Assembly: GCA_905178155.1 (NCBI GenBank) | Contig: CAJINV010000011.1 | Location: 3,591,076-3,655,075, forward strand | DNA: 64,000 nt | Origin: Amoebophrya sp. A120 | Lineage: Eukaryota; Protista; Dinoflagellata | Direction of reading: 5' to 3' | Shown here: positions 40,301 through 52,239 of the stretch, one piece after another | How positions within the stretch are numbered: position 1 is the first letter of the stretch | Layout of the letters: the number at the start of each line of letters is the position of its first letter | Position numbers and translations under genes: made by a program | The notes under the pieces: generated by a model | The model's input: only the letters and a program-made list of their open reading frames with translations | Database searches by the model: none | What the model was told of the DNA's origin: nothing

Positions 40301-40973
40301 TGGCACTTTGTAGCGGCGTGTTCGCCATGTTCAACCTCGGGGCGACGGTGAACTTCCTGACTAACGTGAGCCCGACGCCGCACCAGTGCATTCTGATCTT
40401 GGAGGTAAAGTGGTGGAAAGTTTATGAACTTTTTTTGCTTCGCAGTAGATCATTATCTCATACAAACATAGTGTACTTAGTGTACTTAAGTACTTGGTTT
40501 TCATATTCATTTTGATTTTACTTTTATGCAACTACATCCTGATCATGATAATTTGCCATCTGCCTCGAAGTTTATTTCCCTCCTCCATATATAACCAGAT
40601 CCGTCGTATCGGTGTTTTTGCCGGCCTGATCCCGGTTCTGTGGAGCTTCAGCAAACTTTGCCTGCAGAAGAACATGGGCGAGATTGCGGTTCTGTTCGCG
40701 TTGGCCGTCGGGGTGCTTGCGGGGATTCAAGTCGTGCGGTACTACCACATGGAGGAACTCTTGCACCGGAAAACGATCTTCTCCTCCTACCGCATTCTCC
40801 TTCTGTTCCCGCACACCAGCAGCCACGCTCGCAGCCGTGCAGAACAGGCGATGGAGCTCGCGATGCGCCGGACGGCGGTCACGTCCGCGAAGGGGGCTTC
40901 TGGGTTCGTTGCGAAGTCGCTGGTCAGGCAGATCTTCAACTTCGGCGGGTACTATCTGTTTGGGAAAAAGTGA
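28324..40973 (+). CDS. Giant (~3,880 aa) fibronectin type III repeat protein with an EcsC-like segment and a multi-pass TM C-terminus; exons 28324-28874, 29213-32381, 32496-37964, 38161-40014, 40168-40404, 40599-40973
   Basis: FN3 signatures DLEPGTGYDV, DLSPLKHYLVRVAA, GLLPETRYVFQLAG, NLAPLTTYVFEIAA, NLQPDRKYIFQVCA, DLDPNTAYAFQI, NLESATDHFVRIRA, GLTPGGHYQLQVRG. Three GT-AG introns and two introners are all in phase. Hydrophobic helices occur after ~39230. The true start may lie further upstream. Confidence 0.75.
32382..32490. mobile_element. Introner family I (109 bp), DR tcgga
   Basis: TIR tatt.cctgaaaattaa.catc.ccatc/gatgg.gatg.ttaattttcagg.aata; removal gives AHLGLNKIIGYHLRH within an FN3 domain. 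Confidence 0.93.
40015..40162 (+). mobile_element. Introner family A (148 bp), DR tgatg
   Basis: Colinear with 5668-5826; removal gives GATLMNYQTIYFF. Confidence 0.92.
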
Positions 40974-41960
40974 TGAGTAGGCACTGGTACCTCCTGTAGT
41001 TCCTGTTTGGGACGAACAGCTGCCTGCTCATCTGTTTGTGGTGTTTGAAAAATGCCAGCAACAACGCCGAGTAGTCAATGACTCACGTATCCGGTACGAT
41101 TTTACTACGTGTTGAACTTCCAAGAAAATCGACATTCTATCCACAAAAAACGTCAAATTGAAATTTCGAGAGGCGACAGTCACAATCTCAATCTTTTTTC
41201 TCTTTCGTACAGACATTCACTCTCGTAAAAACAAAAAGAAAAACAAGAACCACTAAGTTCTTGGACGCATTAACAATCAAAAAGAAAAACAAAAAACTCG
41301 ATTCGTGTATTGTAGACGGACGACCGCTGTCAATCCATTGCTAACAGGAAGCCTGGCAGCCCAGTTCGAGTAGGGCGAGGGGCCTCCGAAAGGTTTTTGA
41401 CGGTCTTCTTTATTGTCGTCTAATATGCGTTGTTGTTTTTGTTTGATTTTGATAGTATCAGATACAGATACAGTCCAAGAAGTCGTGCAGTGCAAATTGC
41501 TCACGGCCTGCTCGAGGAGAGAGATGAATGAAGGCGCCAGTATTCCTTCGGCATAAAGAACCTCGCGTTTTTTTTCCTGTTGCAAAAACCACTACGTACA
41601 GAACCGGAAGTGTCAGTGTCATAATTTGATGCGTTTCAGTTGACTTTACGACTACTCTTTTACTTTTTTCCCGACGGCACCACACCTCTCCATTTGCAGA
41701 GATTCATTGCTGTAGGTGTAGCTGTAGCTCGACCTTGAGTGTTTGTGTTGATGTCCTTCGGCTGCATAATTGAGTTCTGATCACCAGCATCCCAGCGGCT
41801 GGCACAAGTCGAACTTTCCTTGTTGACTGCTACGAAGAAGATAGAGCAAGAACTAGGTAAATATCGTTTACGTTTCACTATCTCGATCGTCATAATGACA
41901 AGGAACGAAACCAACGATGGCGAAGACTTCGAGTTTTACCATCACGACGCAGAAATAAAA

Positions 41961-44900
41961 ATGGACGATGAAAAAGAGGAAGATGGCGAGAAAGCAGATG
42001 AGGAATCGGAGGGCACAACCAGCGGTCCAGCACCGAAGAACACAGTGACGGTGATCGACGCTGCGGCAAACCTGCTGTGTTTGGTTTCCCGCCCCGGTGA
42101 TGGACCATGCGCCCTTCTCGTCGGCGAAATTCGCAAGCGTGTTGCCGCGGTCAAAAACCTGCTGCCGCAGCACATTGGTCTGGTCGACTCTGAAACGGGC
42201 GAGTCCTACTCAGACGACGAAGAGGTCTACATTGCGGGTGAAAAAGGAGAACCTTCGCAACTGGGCGGCAGCGGCAGAACTACCAATGTTCTTGTGGCAA
42301 GCAAGGAGCCTCTTCTTCCGGATCCGTTGCTTGGAACCTGCTCTGGTAAAACTAAAACTTCTATAGACGGCGGGGGACAACTTCTTGCCGGACGCGGACC
42401 CGGATCTGATGAGTCAGAATCTGTTGGCAGGAATGATGGAGTCTCTTCCTCCATTGATGACCAGGAGTGCCACGACGAGCAGGTGACTAGCAGTATGACG
42501 TCGAAGCGGCGTTGCCTCGAGAAGCCGAGCGAAAACGAACACGAAGAAAAAATCGAAACCAGTACAGATGATGTGAACAAAGATAAAGAAGCAGATGCAG
42601 ACCCGCCGCACGAAGGAGAAGAACAAGTAGAGGAAGAGCAAGAGAAGAATGCTTGCCCGCCACCAGCGGGCCAACAAATTAGCGTCGCAGAGCCAGGAAC
42701 CAGCACACCGACGGAAAAGAAAAAGAGCCGGACGGTGCACGCGATAGTCAAGCAGCCAAAAGTAGACGCATGGGAAGCAGCGAAGAATCTTGTTTGTACC
42801 ACCAAGGAAGACGCAAACTTTGACGTCGAAGACTGGGGGGAAGCCGCGGTCCTTGAGTTTGCTGCCGAGCACGAGGACGCTGCCCCGTTAGATGACCTAG
42901 AGACGATGATGGCCCTTACGGAGAGCGTTTTTACGGAGATGTATCTGGCTGAAGCCGACGAAGCGCGGTTGAGTGCGATTGTGTGGTGGATCTACTGGAA
43001 ATCCGGAGCGAAAGTGCGCGATAGCATCAAGTTCGTCGAACACATTTCGCAGTTCCAGATCTATGGTGTTGACGCAGGGGTATTGATTTCTACATCCCTC
43101 CCCAAAGACGGGTAAGTTGAGTTGTATCGCTAACATTTTGTTTTGATTCGACTGAAAGGCGACCAAAGTGAAAGTTGTGCCAAAAAACAATAGAAATTCC
43201 TAGGATGTTTATTTGAGCTGGAGAATTTAATGTCGGTTTATCTTCATCATAATGATAAATAAACATTTTATCAGTGGTTCGGCAACTGGTTTGAAGACAA
43301 CGCGGAATTCCGTGACAGTGAGAAGCTTGCGACTCTTGCGGTGCGTTACTTCGATGCGAAATACGTCAGTGTGATATCTCACAGGCTGTCCGAGGTAGAA
43401 GAAGGCAATCCGAACATCATTTTGGAACTGGTGGCGGCTGTGAAAGATTCTGAGTCTCTTTATTTTCTGCTGACAGCAATTCCCTACTTCTTTTGCTACG
43501 AGCGGTCTGAAGCGCCACGAAAGCATTTGATGCTTGAAGCGATCAAAAGCTTCAAGCGCGGGAAGCCGGTGTCAGAACCCAAGCTGACGCCGAAACTCAT
43601 GGATGAGATAAAAGACACTCTCTTCACTTCCGATAGTTACGAGGAGGACGACTGGCAGTCGGAAAGCCGTGTGGACGTCGATTGCGTTTTTGCCTACCTG
43701 TCAATCTGCTCGCTCTGCTGCCCCAGCTTCGAAGAGGCTTTTGAAATGGTGTCGGAAGAGCGCATCGCTGACAAAAATTTTGTGATGGACCACTTGCTCG
43801 AAGTGTTCCGCCGCAACAGGCCGGAGATGGTAGAAGAATTTCTGCGCACCTCCCCAGGAACCAAATTTCGAAGGGACCTGGATTTCATGAGTGAGCTTCT
43901 GAGCAACAACTCCGAGCATGGTGGCGACTGCCTACAGTACGCCAGTGTAGTTCTGCGACGCGACGAGACGCTCTGGCTGCTCGCATGGAGGTCGCAGATG
44001 CTTGCTATCAGCCGGAACCCGCGCCGCATCTTGTTTGCACAGCCATCACAGATGCGGACGGGCACGAAGGTACTGCTTCGACCAGAGAACAGAAGGTTTA
44101 CTGCAGATGCCGAAGCGGTCCAGACTGAGGCCCGGACTCTCAGCCTGTTGCAGACTGGACTGTGTTGTTCGCGGAGCAGTACTAGTACCGAAGATGAACA
44201 AAAGAGGACTGCTGTGCTGTACGACGAAACCTATGCCCTATGCCCGCTTTTGTTTTCGTCACAGAGGCCCTTTCTTCCCCTGCTTCATGAATGCACCCCC
44301 GCGATGAAGATGTCCAAGCACGACAAGAGCAAGGCCAAGGGGCACGAGCACGACCTTTGGCTTTCTAGTCGTGTGGACAGAGCTGTGCGAATGTTCGGGG
44401 CAGTGGCTCGGATAGCGCTTGCTGCGGGGCTTAGCGGTAACGACCTGGGAGACTACTTGACCGGATTTTGTTGCGTGAACAGTTCTTCCCATTATTGTGC
44501 CAATTGTCCTTTCCACAGGCGAACGGACCTACTGCTGCAAGACGCAGCGTGCGTCCGGAATATGAAAGCGGTCAGTGAATTGTACAGGAAGTACACTACA
44601 ACCAGCTGCTCGGAGGCTAGCTCTCCCTCCTCTACTTCTTCCACTGCTACCTCTGCGAGCGCGACGCACCTCTGCTGTTGCGTGGTCCCCAAGGCCTTGC
44701 AACTACCTCCGGAGAACGAGTGGATGAGTGAAGAAATAGAAATTCAAAGTGGGGAAGTAGATCAGAAAGAGCAAGTAGAACCAGACACGCAAGCTGGATC
44801 TACAGCTGCGCAGTCGATGAAGGACGTTGGCGGGGGCTCACCGGCCGTGGAGGGGTGCGGCACTACAGGAGTTGCAAATGCGAATGTCGTGTCGGCAACA

Positions 44901-47495
44901 TTAACTCCCAGTGTGCGGTTTGCGAACGCCCTAGCACATGGTGGGTGGGACTTGGCCAGAAAGATCATTCTCGGGGAGATTTCCGTTCCGGTTGACGGCG
45001 TTCAACATCAAGTTGTAACACAGGACGAGATTGCGTCGCAATGTGCAACGGCAGGTCATCTTCTCTCGCTGAAGAAGTATATTGCCGACACACACAAAAA
45101 CTCTACCGCTTCATCCCCGCTCGGTAAGAGCACTATGGACGAACTTTTTCGGGTTTGGTGCAGAGGGAACGGTCCAGGCCTTTTGCGGCCGGTGGAGCAT
45201 ATTGCACCGTCGGCCGTGGAGGAATCTCTCGCAACGTCGTCCTGTCCCATGTCTTCTACTTCGAGCACTGCAGCTGGTGTTGGTCACGCTGACCAAGCCA
45301 CCATATCAGCGCGAGCGCTGTCGACTCTCCAACAAGACAATAACTTCCTATTCGACCTGGTTTATGGAGGCTGTCCATTGAGTGAGCTGGCGGAATGTCT
45401 TATTCCAGAATGGCGAAGCTCCTGCTTGAAATTCGCAGTAGACGCTGCTAGTGTCTTTGGCTTTTCCGCGTTCACGTATTTCTCGCAAGACCTGCGATGG
45501 AGGCCGGAAGTGCTGGCGGCGGCTGCTAAACCAAACAAGCTGTTTTCGGATCGCGACAAGCATTGCCCGCACCGGAGAAATATCTACGACAAATGCAAGA
45601 GCGCAAGTCGGAAATGGCTTGCGCAGAACATCAGCAAGATTCTCGTCGTCCTTCGAGACCAAATGGATGCGATTGCGTCCAAGGAGGTTCTCGTCGCACT
45701 TGCTGCCGAAATTCCCTACCAGCTCTGGGCTGCATTGCCCGTCGCATGGCGACGATCTTGTCCGGATTCGGTTGCGAAAAAGTTTTTGCAGGCGACTATA
45801 GACGAGAGCCCGGATCGCCTGGTGCGGTTTTGGAAAACCTTATCGCCGGCACAGCGGGCGGACGCGTCGTTTCTCCAGTCGGTTTTTGCGGCACGCTTTT
45901 GGGATAGGCATACGGATTGTAATTATACTAGTGGACACGGCGATGACCTCCTCCCCTTCTTTCATTATCTCAAACCGGATGCCAAACTCCACGTCCTCCT
46001 GTCGTCTCCTTACTGGTGCACGATGCTTTTATGCAGGAATCTGGGAGAAGGGGGATTTGGACTTGGAGTAGTTCCTCCATCACAACTTTTCGAGTTGAGT
46101 TTTTGGCTAGCTGTCGTTCGCGGAGCGAGTACTCTTCTCAGCGAACGCCCACACGGTAGATGGTTGGACAGCGAACGTGCTCAGTTCTGCGGCCCCCCCT
46201 GGAGCTTGCGGCGTGATCCAAATTTCGTCGACGCAGTCGCAAGAATTAGTCCCAGCATCGCGGTGGCCCTCGCGAGCAGCGAGGTCTTGGCCTGCAAAAG
46301 CATGATGATGAACCTGATTCGCCGATTGGACGTGGTCGTCGGCGAAGTAGAAGACGCGGACAAGTCTAGACAAAAGTCGTATCGAGTGGAGCGAGACATC
46401 GAGCGCCTACTGTGCAACACATCGCGAGCCGTCTGCGAGGACGCGAACATAGTTACCGAAGCGGCGAGGCGTAATGGAATTCGTGCCATCCGTGCTGCGT
46501 CGCGGGATTTACGAAGCCGGAAGGACATTGCAATGTTGGCTGTCCAGCAAAGCGGACTGGCACTCCAGCACCTACCGCCAAAACTATCTGCTGATGAGGA
46601 CGTGTGTCTCGCAGCGGTGTCGCAAAACGGGCTGGCGTTGGAGTTTTGTAGTATGAAAATGCGTTCGCAAAGCCGTTCCATCGTGTTGGCTGCGGTAAAA
46701 CAAAACCCGCGCGCAATCTTTTTTGCCCGTGGCGAGAGGTTTCTCGGTGTTTCCGACCCCGAGGCTTTCAGCGCTGCCTGCAAGTGCAGGGAGTATGTCA
46801 TGTACCTAGCCGGCTTCTGTCTGAGTGTCCCGAGGAGCCATCCGCTAGCGTCACGCCGGGTAGATTTCCTGCGCGAACTCATTCTGGCGAAGGCAGCTGA
46901 TGTTAGCTGTCTAAGTGGAATGGCAGGATTATTCACAGGCGAGGACGTGAGCGAGAGCGGAGATGATCCGCTCTGCAGAACGTTTTTGTATAAGCGGGAT
47001 GAAGCGATGCGCTTGGTGCGAGAAATAAGCGGGGAGGCGCTTGCCTATTTACCAATCCAGCTGCGCGGAGAGCTTGACATCGCAAAAGCCGCTGTCGGGA
47101 ACACGGGCAAGGCCCTGCGATACGTTTGCCCAACGCTGCTACGTAGCACGGAGCACGGCAAGCAGCTTACTCTCGCGGCGTTGCGAAGTCAGAAGAATCG
47201 CGCCGCCGCGATACCCGCCGTTCCTATGTCGCTGTTGCGGGACGATGCGGAAGTGTCCGCTGCGATCCAGGAAATTATTGCAGAGTCCGAAATAGATAAC
47301 GCTAACGGAGCGCCCGGGTCTGGAAATAATCGCTCTACTTGGAAGCCTTTGCCCGTCACCGTTGATGATTTCGCGACGATCTCGCTGGAAGGCGTCGAAC
47401 AGCAGATTGTGATCAACGAGGAGACCACCGATGATGAAGATAAAAGCGACGAGGATGAGGACGAGATGGCCGGGGAAGAAGCGGAGCAAATGTAA
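41961..47495 (+). CDS. DUF4116-repeat protein with a possible N-terminal ubiquitin-like domain; one intron at ~43100-43274
   Basis: Repeats such as KDIAMLAVQQSGLALQHLPPKLSADEDVCLAAVSQNGLALEFCS. The N-terminal TVTVIDAAANLLCLV...VGEIRKRVAAVKNLLPQHIGLV resembles a beta-grasp fold. The acceptor at 43274 is clear; the donor and start codon are uncertain. Confidence 0.75.
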
Positions 47496-48702
47496 ACAGA
47501 TGATGTAGAAGATTTAGTTCTGTGCAGCTGGTTGAGATGACAATGACTATGTTGACAGCTACGAAAAGGGCGAAAACATGCCTCATGCGATTATTGTGTG
47601 CGTGCAATCTGCTTGCGCTTGGTGGTCGCTAACGCTGACCTGCTGCTCAACATTTTTTTCGAACTTACTTGCAGATGGAGATACGCACTTGATTCAGAGA
47701 CAATCCGACAGAAGGTGATCGAGTATTCGTTTCCAATGTTTATGTCAAGCACGCTGTTTTAATTGTAATTGATTTCTCATTGGCCGTGTTCCTTCGTCTA
47801 CTTACGCAGTTTCTTTACAACAGGACTCGCGGGCAATTTTTGTGGTTGAGACATTGTTTGCGATGCAGAAAAAATTGTTTCAGGTCCAGAGAGGGAGCAA
47901 AAGAGCAGTAAATGTAAAATTTCAAATGTGTGTCATCTCCTCTCATGCAAAAGAGAAACTCATTCTCATGTTGAAGATGACTTGAATGATTACAAGGAAA
48001 AACAAAAAGCACAAGGGGAAGTTAACAAAGCGAGCATGACTTCTCTCTTCATCACAATCATCACAATCATGTCTTAGGTCATAATATGGGAGCGTGTCTT
48101 GCTGTGGATCATCTCCCTCTGCAAAGAGGCATTTTCATTTTGAAGAAATTGTTGAGAGATGAGAGATAATTCAAACTACGCGAAAAATGCGAATGGTTGA
48201 AGTATTGTGGTCACATGCCACTTGTTGTCTACTGTTGGAAGACGAATTAGAGTTTCGCAACATGACAACTATCTGCCATATGTGGCTAGTCCTAGTACCA
48301 CCATCAATGCGACTTACAGTTACATGCAGTTATCTCGTACGAGGCATTCTTCTTTCTTTCTCAAATAAAGGCATCAGCATGTAACTAGCGTCGTGTTGCT
48401 TTACTTTTTTGAACGGGATGTAACTCAAAAGCAAAAAATCTTTTCTTGCGGCGTGGTCCCGTATCGGAGCTAGTGTCGTCACGCGCTACCCCCTCTTTGC
48501 ATCCGGCCAGAATAATTCGCACACGGTAGAAGTTCTGCGCGAACGAGAACGGTAGCGTAGGAAAACACCTTGGAGCTGCACTTCCACTTCGTGGGTCTTT
48601 TGTGGAGCTGCGCCAGCTCCTGCCTAAAAGTTCTTGCGCGTGTGGGCCCACGACTCTCCCTGCTGCTGGTCGACGTGCTGGGATCATAGTTAGAAAGATA
48701 AC

Positions 48703-51700
48703 ATGCTGCCTGGTGCATCTGCTCCTGCCCCTGCTGTCGGAGTTGTGCAGAGCGGACAACTTCCACCGTCAGCTCGACCAAGCGCGAATGCAAATAACAG
48801 ACCAAGGCCTTTTCCGGCGGGTCTGGAAACCTCCACGCGGTCTTCACATCTGGAACAAGCAGGAGTACCGATTTTTGCTGCCCTCGCACCCTCCGCACGT
48901 CAAGGACAGTCGATGATCGTCACATCCACGCCTGGGGCGCTTTCGGCATCGAGCGCGTCATCTATGAGAGTGCACCACTACTCCCCTTTCCCTTGTTCAT
49001 TTACATTTGTCAAGCAATGTCCAGCCTTGGCAAGACTGGACTTCACAATTGCTTTTGGCAGTGTGTCCATGACAGATTCCAGCAGCCCAAGCAGCACTGC
49101 AATCCTGTCGTGTGGATTTTTTGTATATGCAAAAGCTGCACTTTTACTTACACTTCGTAGTGCTGTAGTTCAGGCACTACAAATGAGGGGGATTATTTGT
49201 GCACTGTCATATCATCTTCATCTGCCCCTGCGACCACGACTGGCGACGGACCTTCGAACGTGGCAGAATCTGCTGGCACAACCTCGGTCGCCAGTACAAC
49301 AACCACTGGCAATCGCGCACGCAGGGAGCCGAGGCGAGGGCTATTTGCATCTGCCACCCGACGTACATTTTTTTGAGTTTTATTCAAGGCCAGCCGTTTA
49401 CTCAGTACGTAATTTTGGATTTGCGTCGTTTGCCACGCGTAAGAAGGCCGTGCGCCACCTCGTCTTGTCTTTCACGTAAAAACAAAAGGGAAAGACCATA
49501 TTACCGGAGTAGAGCTACTGGTAGAGGAGTTAGGTTTTTGCTTGTGGTTGGATGTGCTGCTGTCATGGAACTGCAATACACTCTTGAATTGTACTACTGC
49601 GATCGCGTCAGCGTCACTAGAAATGGATCCAAAAAGAAAAAGATCCAGTTCCAAGTTGATTCAACAAATAAGATATAAGATTTTTGTGAGTGGCGCTAAT
49701 GCTAAACAAAATTTTTTTATTTTAGCCAACCCCAGGATTTATATATCATTTTATCTATATATTGAAATTTATTAGTCTCCGTGAGTGTCTAAGTCTACTA
49801 TTGCATTACAGGTACGCCTGCAGTCGCACTGCCCCCAGGTCGAGGCGATTCGTGCTTTTTGAACTGGAACCTGGATCAGCATCAGCTTACCGAAAGAGCG
49901 CAACAGCAAATTGCAGAAACGCGACGAGCGCGGTTGGAAGAGACCTACAAAGCCCATGTTCTGGCGGCAACCAGCGACTCCGATTCCGAGTTCGGCAGGG
50001 GTAAGAACGATCACCAAGAAGAGGGCAGCGGCGATGGTCAAGGCGATCTACTGCATATGCGAAATCATGCACACGTTTCGCCAGGCGGCACACCCGGAGA
50101 GCCAGCAGCTGCTGAGGCGTCCTTTGCTGGTAAGATAGAGATTATACGGAAGCGAAGCAAGACTCTATGGGCATTCTGCCCCGGCTCGTCCTTTTGCGTT
50201 TGTTGTCCGTATGTTCTCTGTTATTTAAACACATAGGTATATAAAAGAGAATGTTATGGACATTTCATAGCACCACAAGCACATTCAAATATGTCTGGGT
50301 CTGGAGAGTTGTGATGTTGAGCCCTGGATAAATGAACCCTTTCCACCAAGCGCTGCCAAGCATGACAAGTTTTTAGGGAGATTTCTTGTAGGTAGTTCGC
50401 GGCATTACAGATTGTGTCTCAGCATGACCTAAAAATCACCGCTTTTGCTGGTCATGCATAACAGATTTTGCTGGAGTTTAAGCCAAGCATCAGAAGTTCC
50501 GCCTCTACCGACGCAGACATAGTTTTGTTTGCAACTAGGCGTAAATCATTGAACTCATGCATCACAAGCTCAAGCGTAATATAAACTTCTGAGGTGCCAC
50601 CTTCACTTCCAACGACAAAGTAAAGATTCCGGGAGATAGCGTCGTCCGCGTCCCGCCGAGCCACATGATCAACGCGGTTGGGGACGAAAATGAATCGGCG
50701 TTCGTGGGTGACAACGGACAAAGCAACAGTAGGCGACGTAAGAAGGCGACAGAAGTTCCGGTCCAGAGACTTTCTCCCCGAGGTGTGTCACGCATTTTCT
50801 CGACTTTGTCTTTGTGTGTCGTTTCCTATTTTGATACTACGATACAGTTACAGGAGAACTAGTCCAGCTGTGCATCCCTTGAATCCGTCGTGCCGAAATT
50901 ATTGGCCGCCTCTGAAATAGGTAGTCACTACTTGTTTTTTATTCTTTGTCATGCTAATTTGTATGCCTCTCTTACTCTTTGTTTCCTTTGTACTCCGATA
51001 CACTTACAAACAAACTTTTTAGGTCGTGTTTTTTCCGCCGCGTCGCCCGAAGACCGCGACGGGGAAGAGACGCCGTCGCCGGGGAAGTCCCGCCGGCTTG
51101 TCCCACCACCGCGCCCTTTTGGTCTTTTTGACAAGAGTAAGCCCGGACACGTCGACGCGACGCGGAGCGTTAGCGGGAAGGCAGAAGGCCACGACAACAA
51201 GGACAAAGAAGCTCACCAAGTGCGTCCAGATCTAGATCTTGCGCACGTGCCACAAGATCCTGCAGCGCCCGGAGGCGAGTCAGGGCCGCCAGCTCCTCCA
51301 GTTGGAGTTACGGTGAAGGCAGGTGGACGCGCCGAGGACGCAGGGGAAAAGCGAAGGGCGCAGGAGAGTGCCTCGCGTCAGAGTGCCGTGGGCCTTCCGA
51401 TAGGGTTACCTCCGGCGCCGCCCCGCCTCTCTACCCCAGCAGAAACGCAGCAGGATGCAAAGCGAGCCAGTGGAGCAAAACCGGAAACGAAATTACGTAC
51501 ATACTACTGACAATGTCTTGATTTTCGTGTCTGTATAATAGATGTTCATGTTGATGTAGTCAGGAGAAGATTGAGAATCATTTTTGTGGAGTTTGGATTG
51601 TTCGATAATAAATATGATGACTAACTTTGTGTTTGCTATCGATCGTGCTAAAGCTAATGACGAAGGATTGTTGAAGAAAATTAGGAAAGACCAACTCACT

Positions 51701-52239
51701 GTCTCTCTACATCTGTACAGATCTTTCACTTTTTTAGACATCAACTTACTGGTCGTGGCATTGTCCTCGATTGGATCACCATCTTGCTTTCGACTTGTTT
51801 CACAGTCGGCAATGACAACGGCGCGAATCATGGTGGCAAGATAGATGTCATCGCAGCTGCTGGTGCGGTTGTCCAGAAGAGGCCAACCTACTACAACAAC
51901 CCCCCCTACGACGAAGAGACCGGGCTTTTTGGCGGCGGTCAGTGGTGGACTCCGTTTGCGGACGACACGACGGCAAGGTGGTGCAAAGTTTGTGGAAATC
52001 CGCACGCAACAACGCTGCTGAAACCAACATACGAGTACGACGCGGAAACCACAAAATCTTGCAACGATGTTAGCAACATCACAAAAAACGCAGGCGCAAT
52101 AAAGGCGGTCATGTATCAAAAGTGTAAGTCTGTTTTCGAGGTTGTTCGGAAAGCAAAGTATAGACCTGGTAGCATGCCTGACAAATACAAGTCTTTGGAT
52201 GAACATATGCATTTTCCTTGGTTATCCGATGAATTTTGA
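48703..52239 (+). CDS. Hypothetical low-complexity multi-exon gene (approximate span; exons near 48703-49360, 49812-50129, 51023-51496, 51805-52239)
   Basis: GC-richer open segments are separated by AT-rich stretches with gta...ag-like ends. The first segment is rejoined across the family G element (SSASS|SAPATT). Confidence 0.4.
48963..49211 (+). mobile_element. Introner family G (249 bp), DR tcatc
   Basis: TIR tatga.agtgcac/gtgcact.tcata; homologous to 7952-8214. Confidence 0.88.
50283..50521. mobile_element. Degenerate family E-like element
   Basis: caaatatgtctgggtctgg at the start, cgacgcagacata at the end, several GCATNACA motifs. No DR found; boundaries approximate. Confidence 0.45.
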
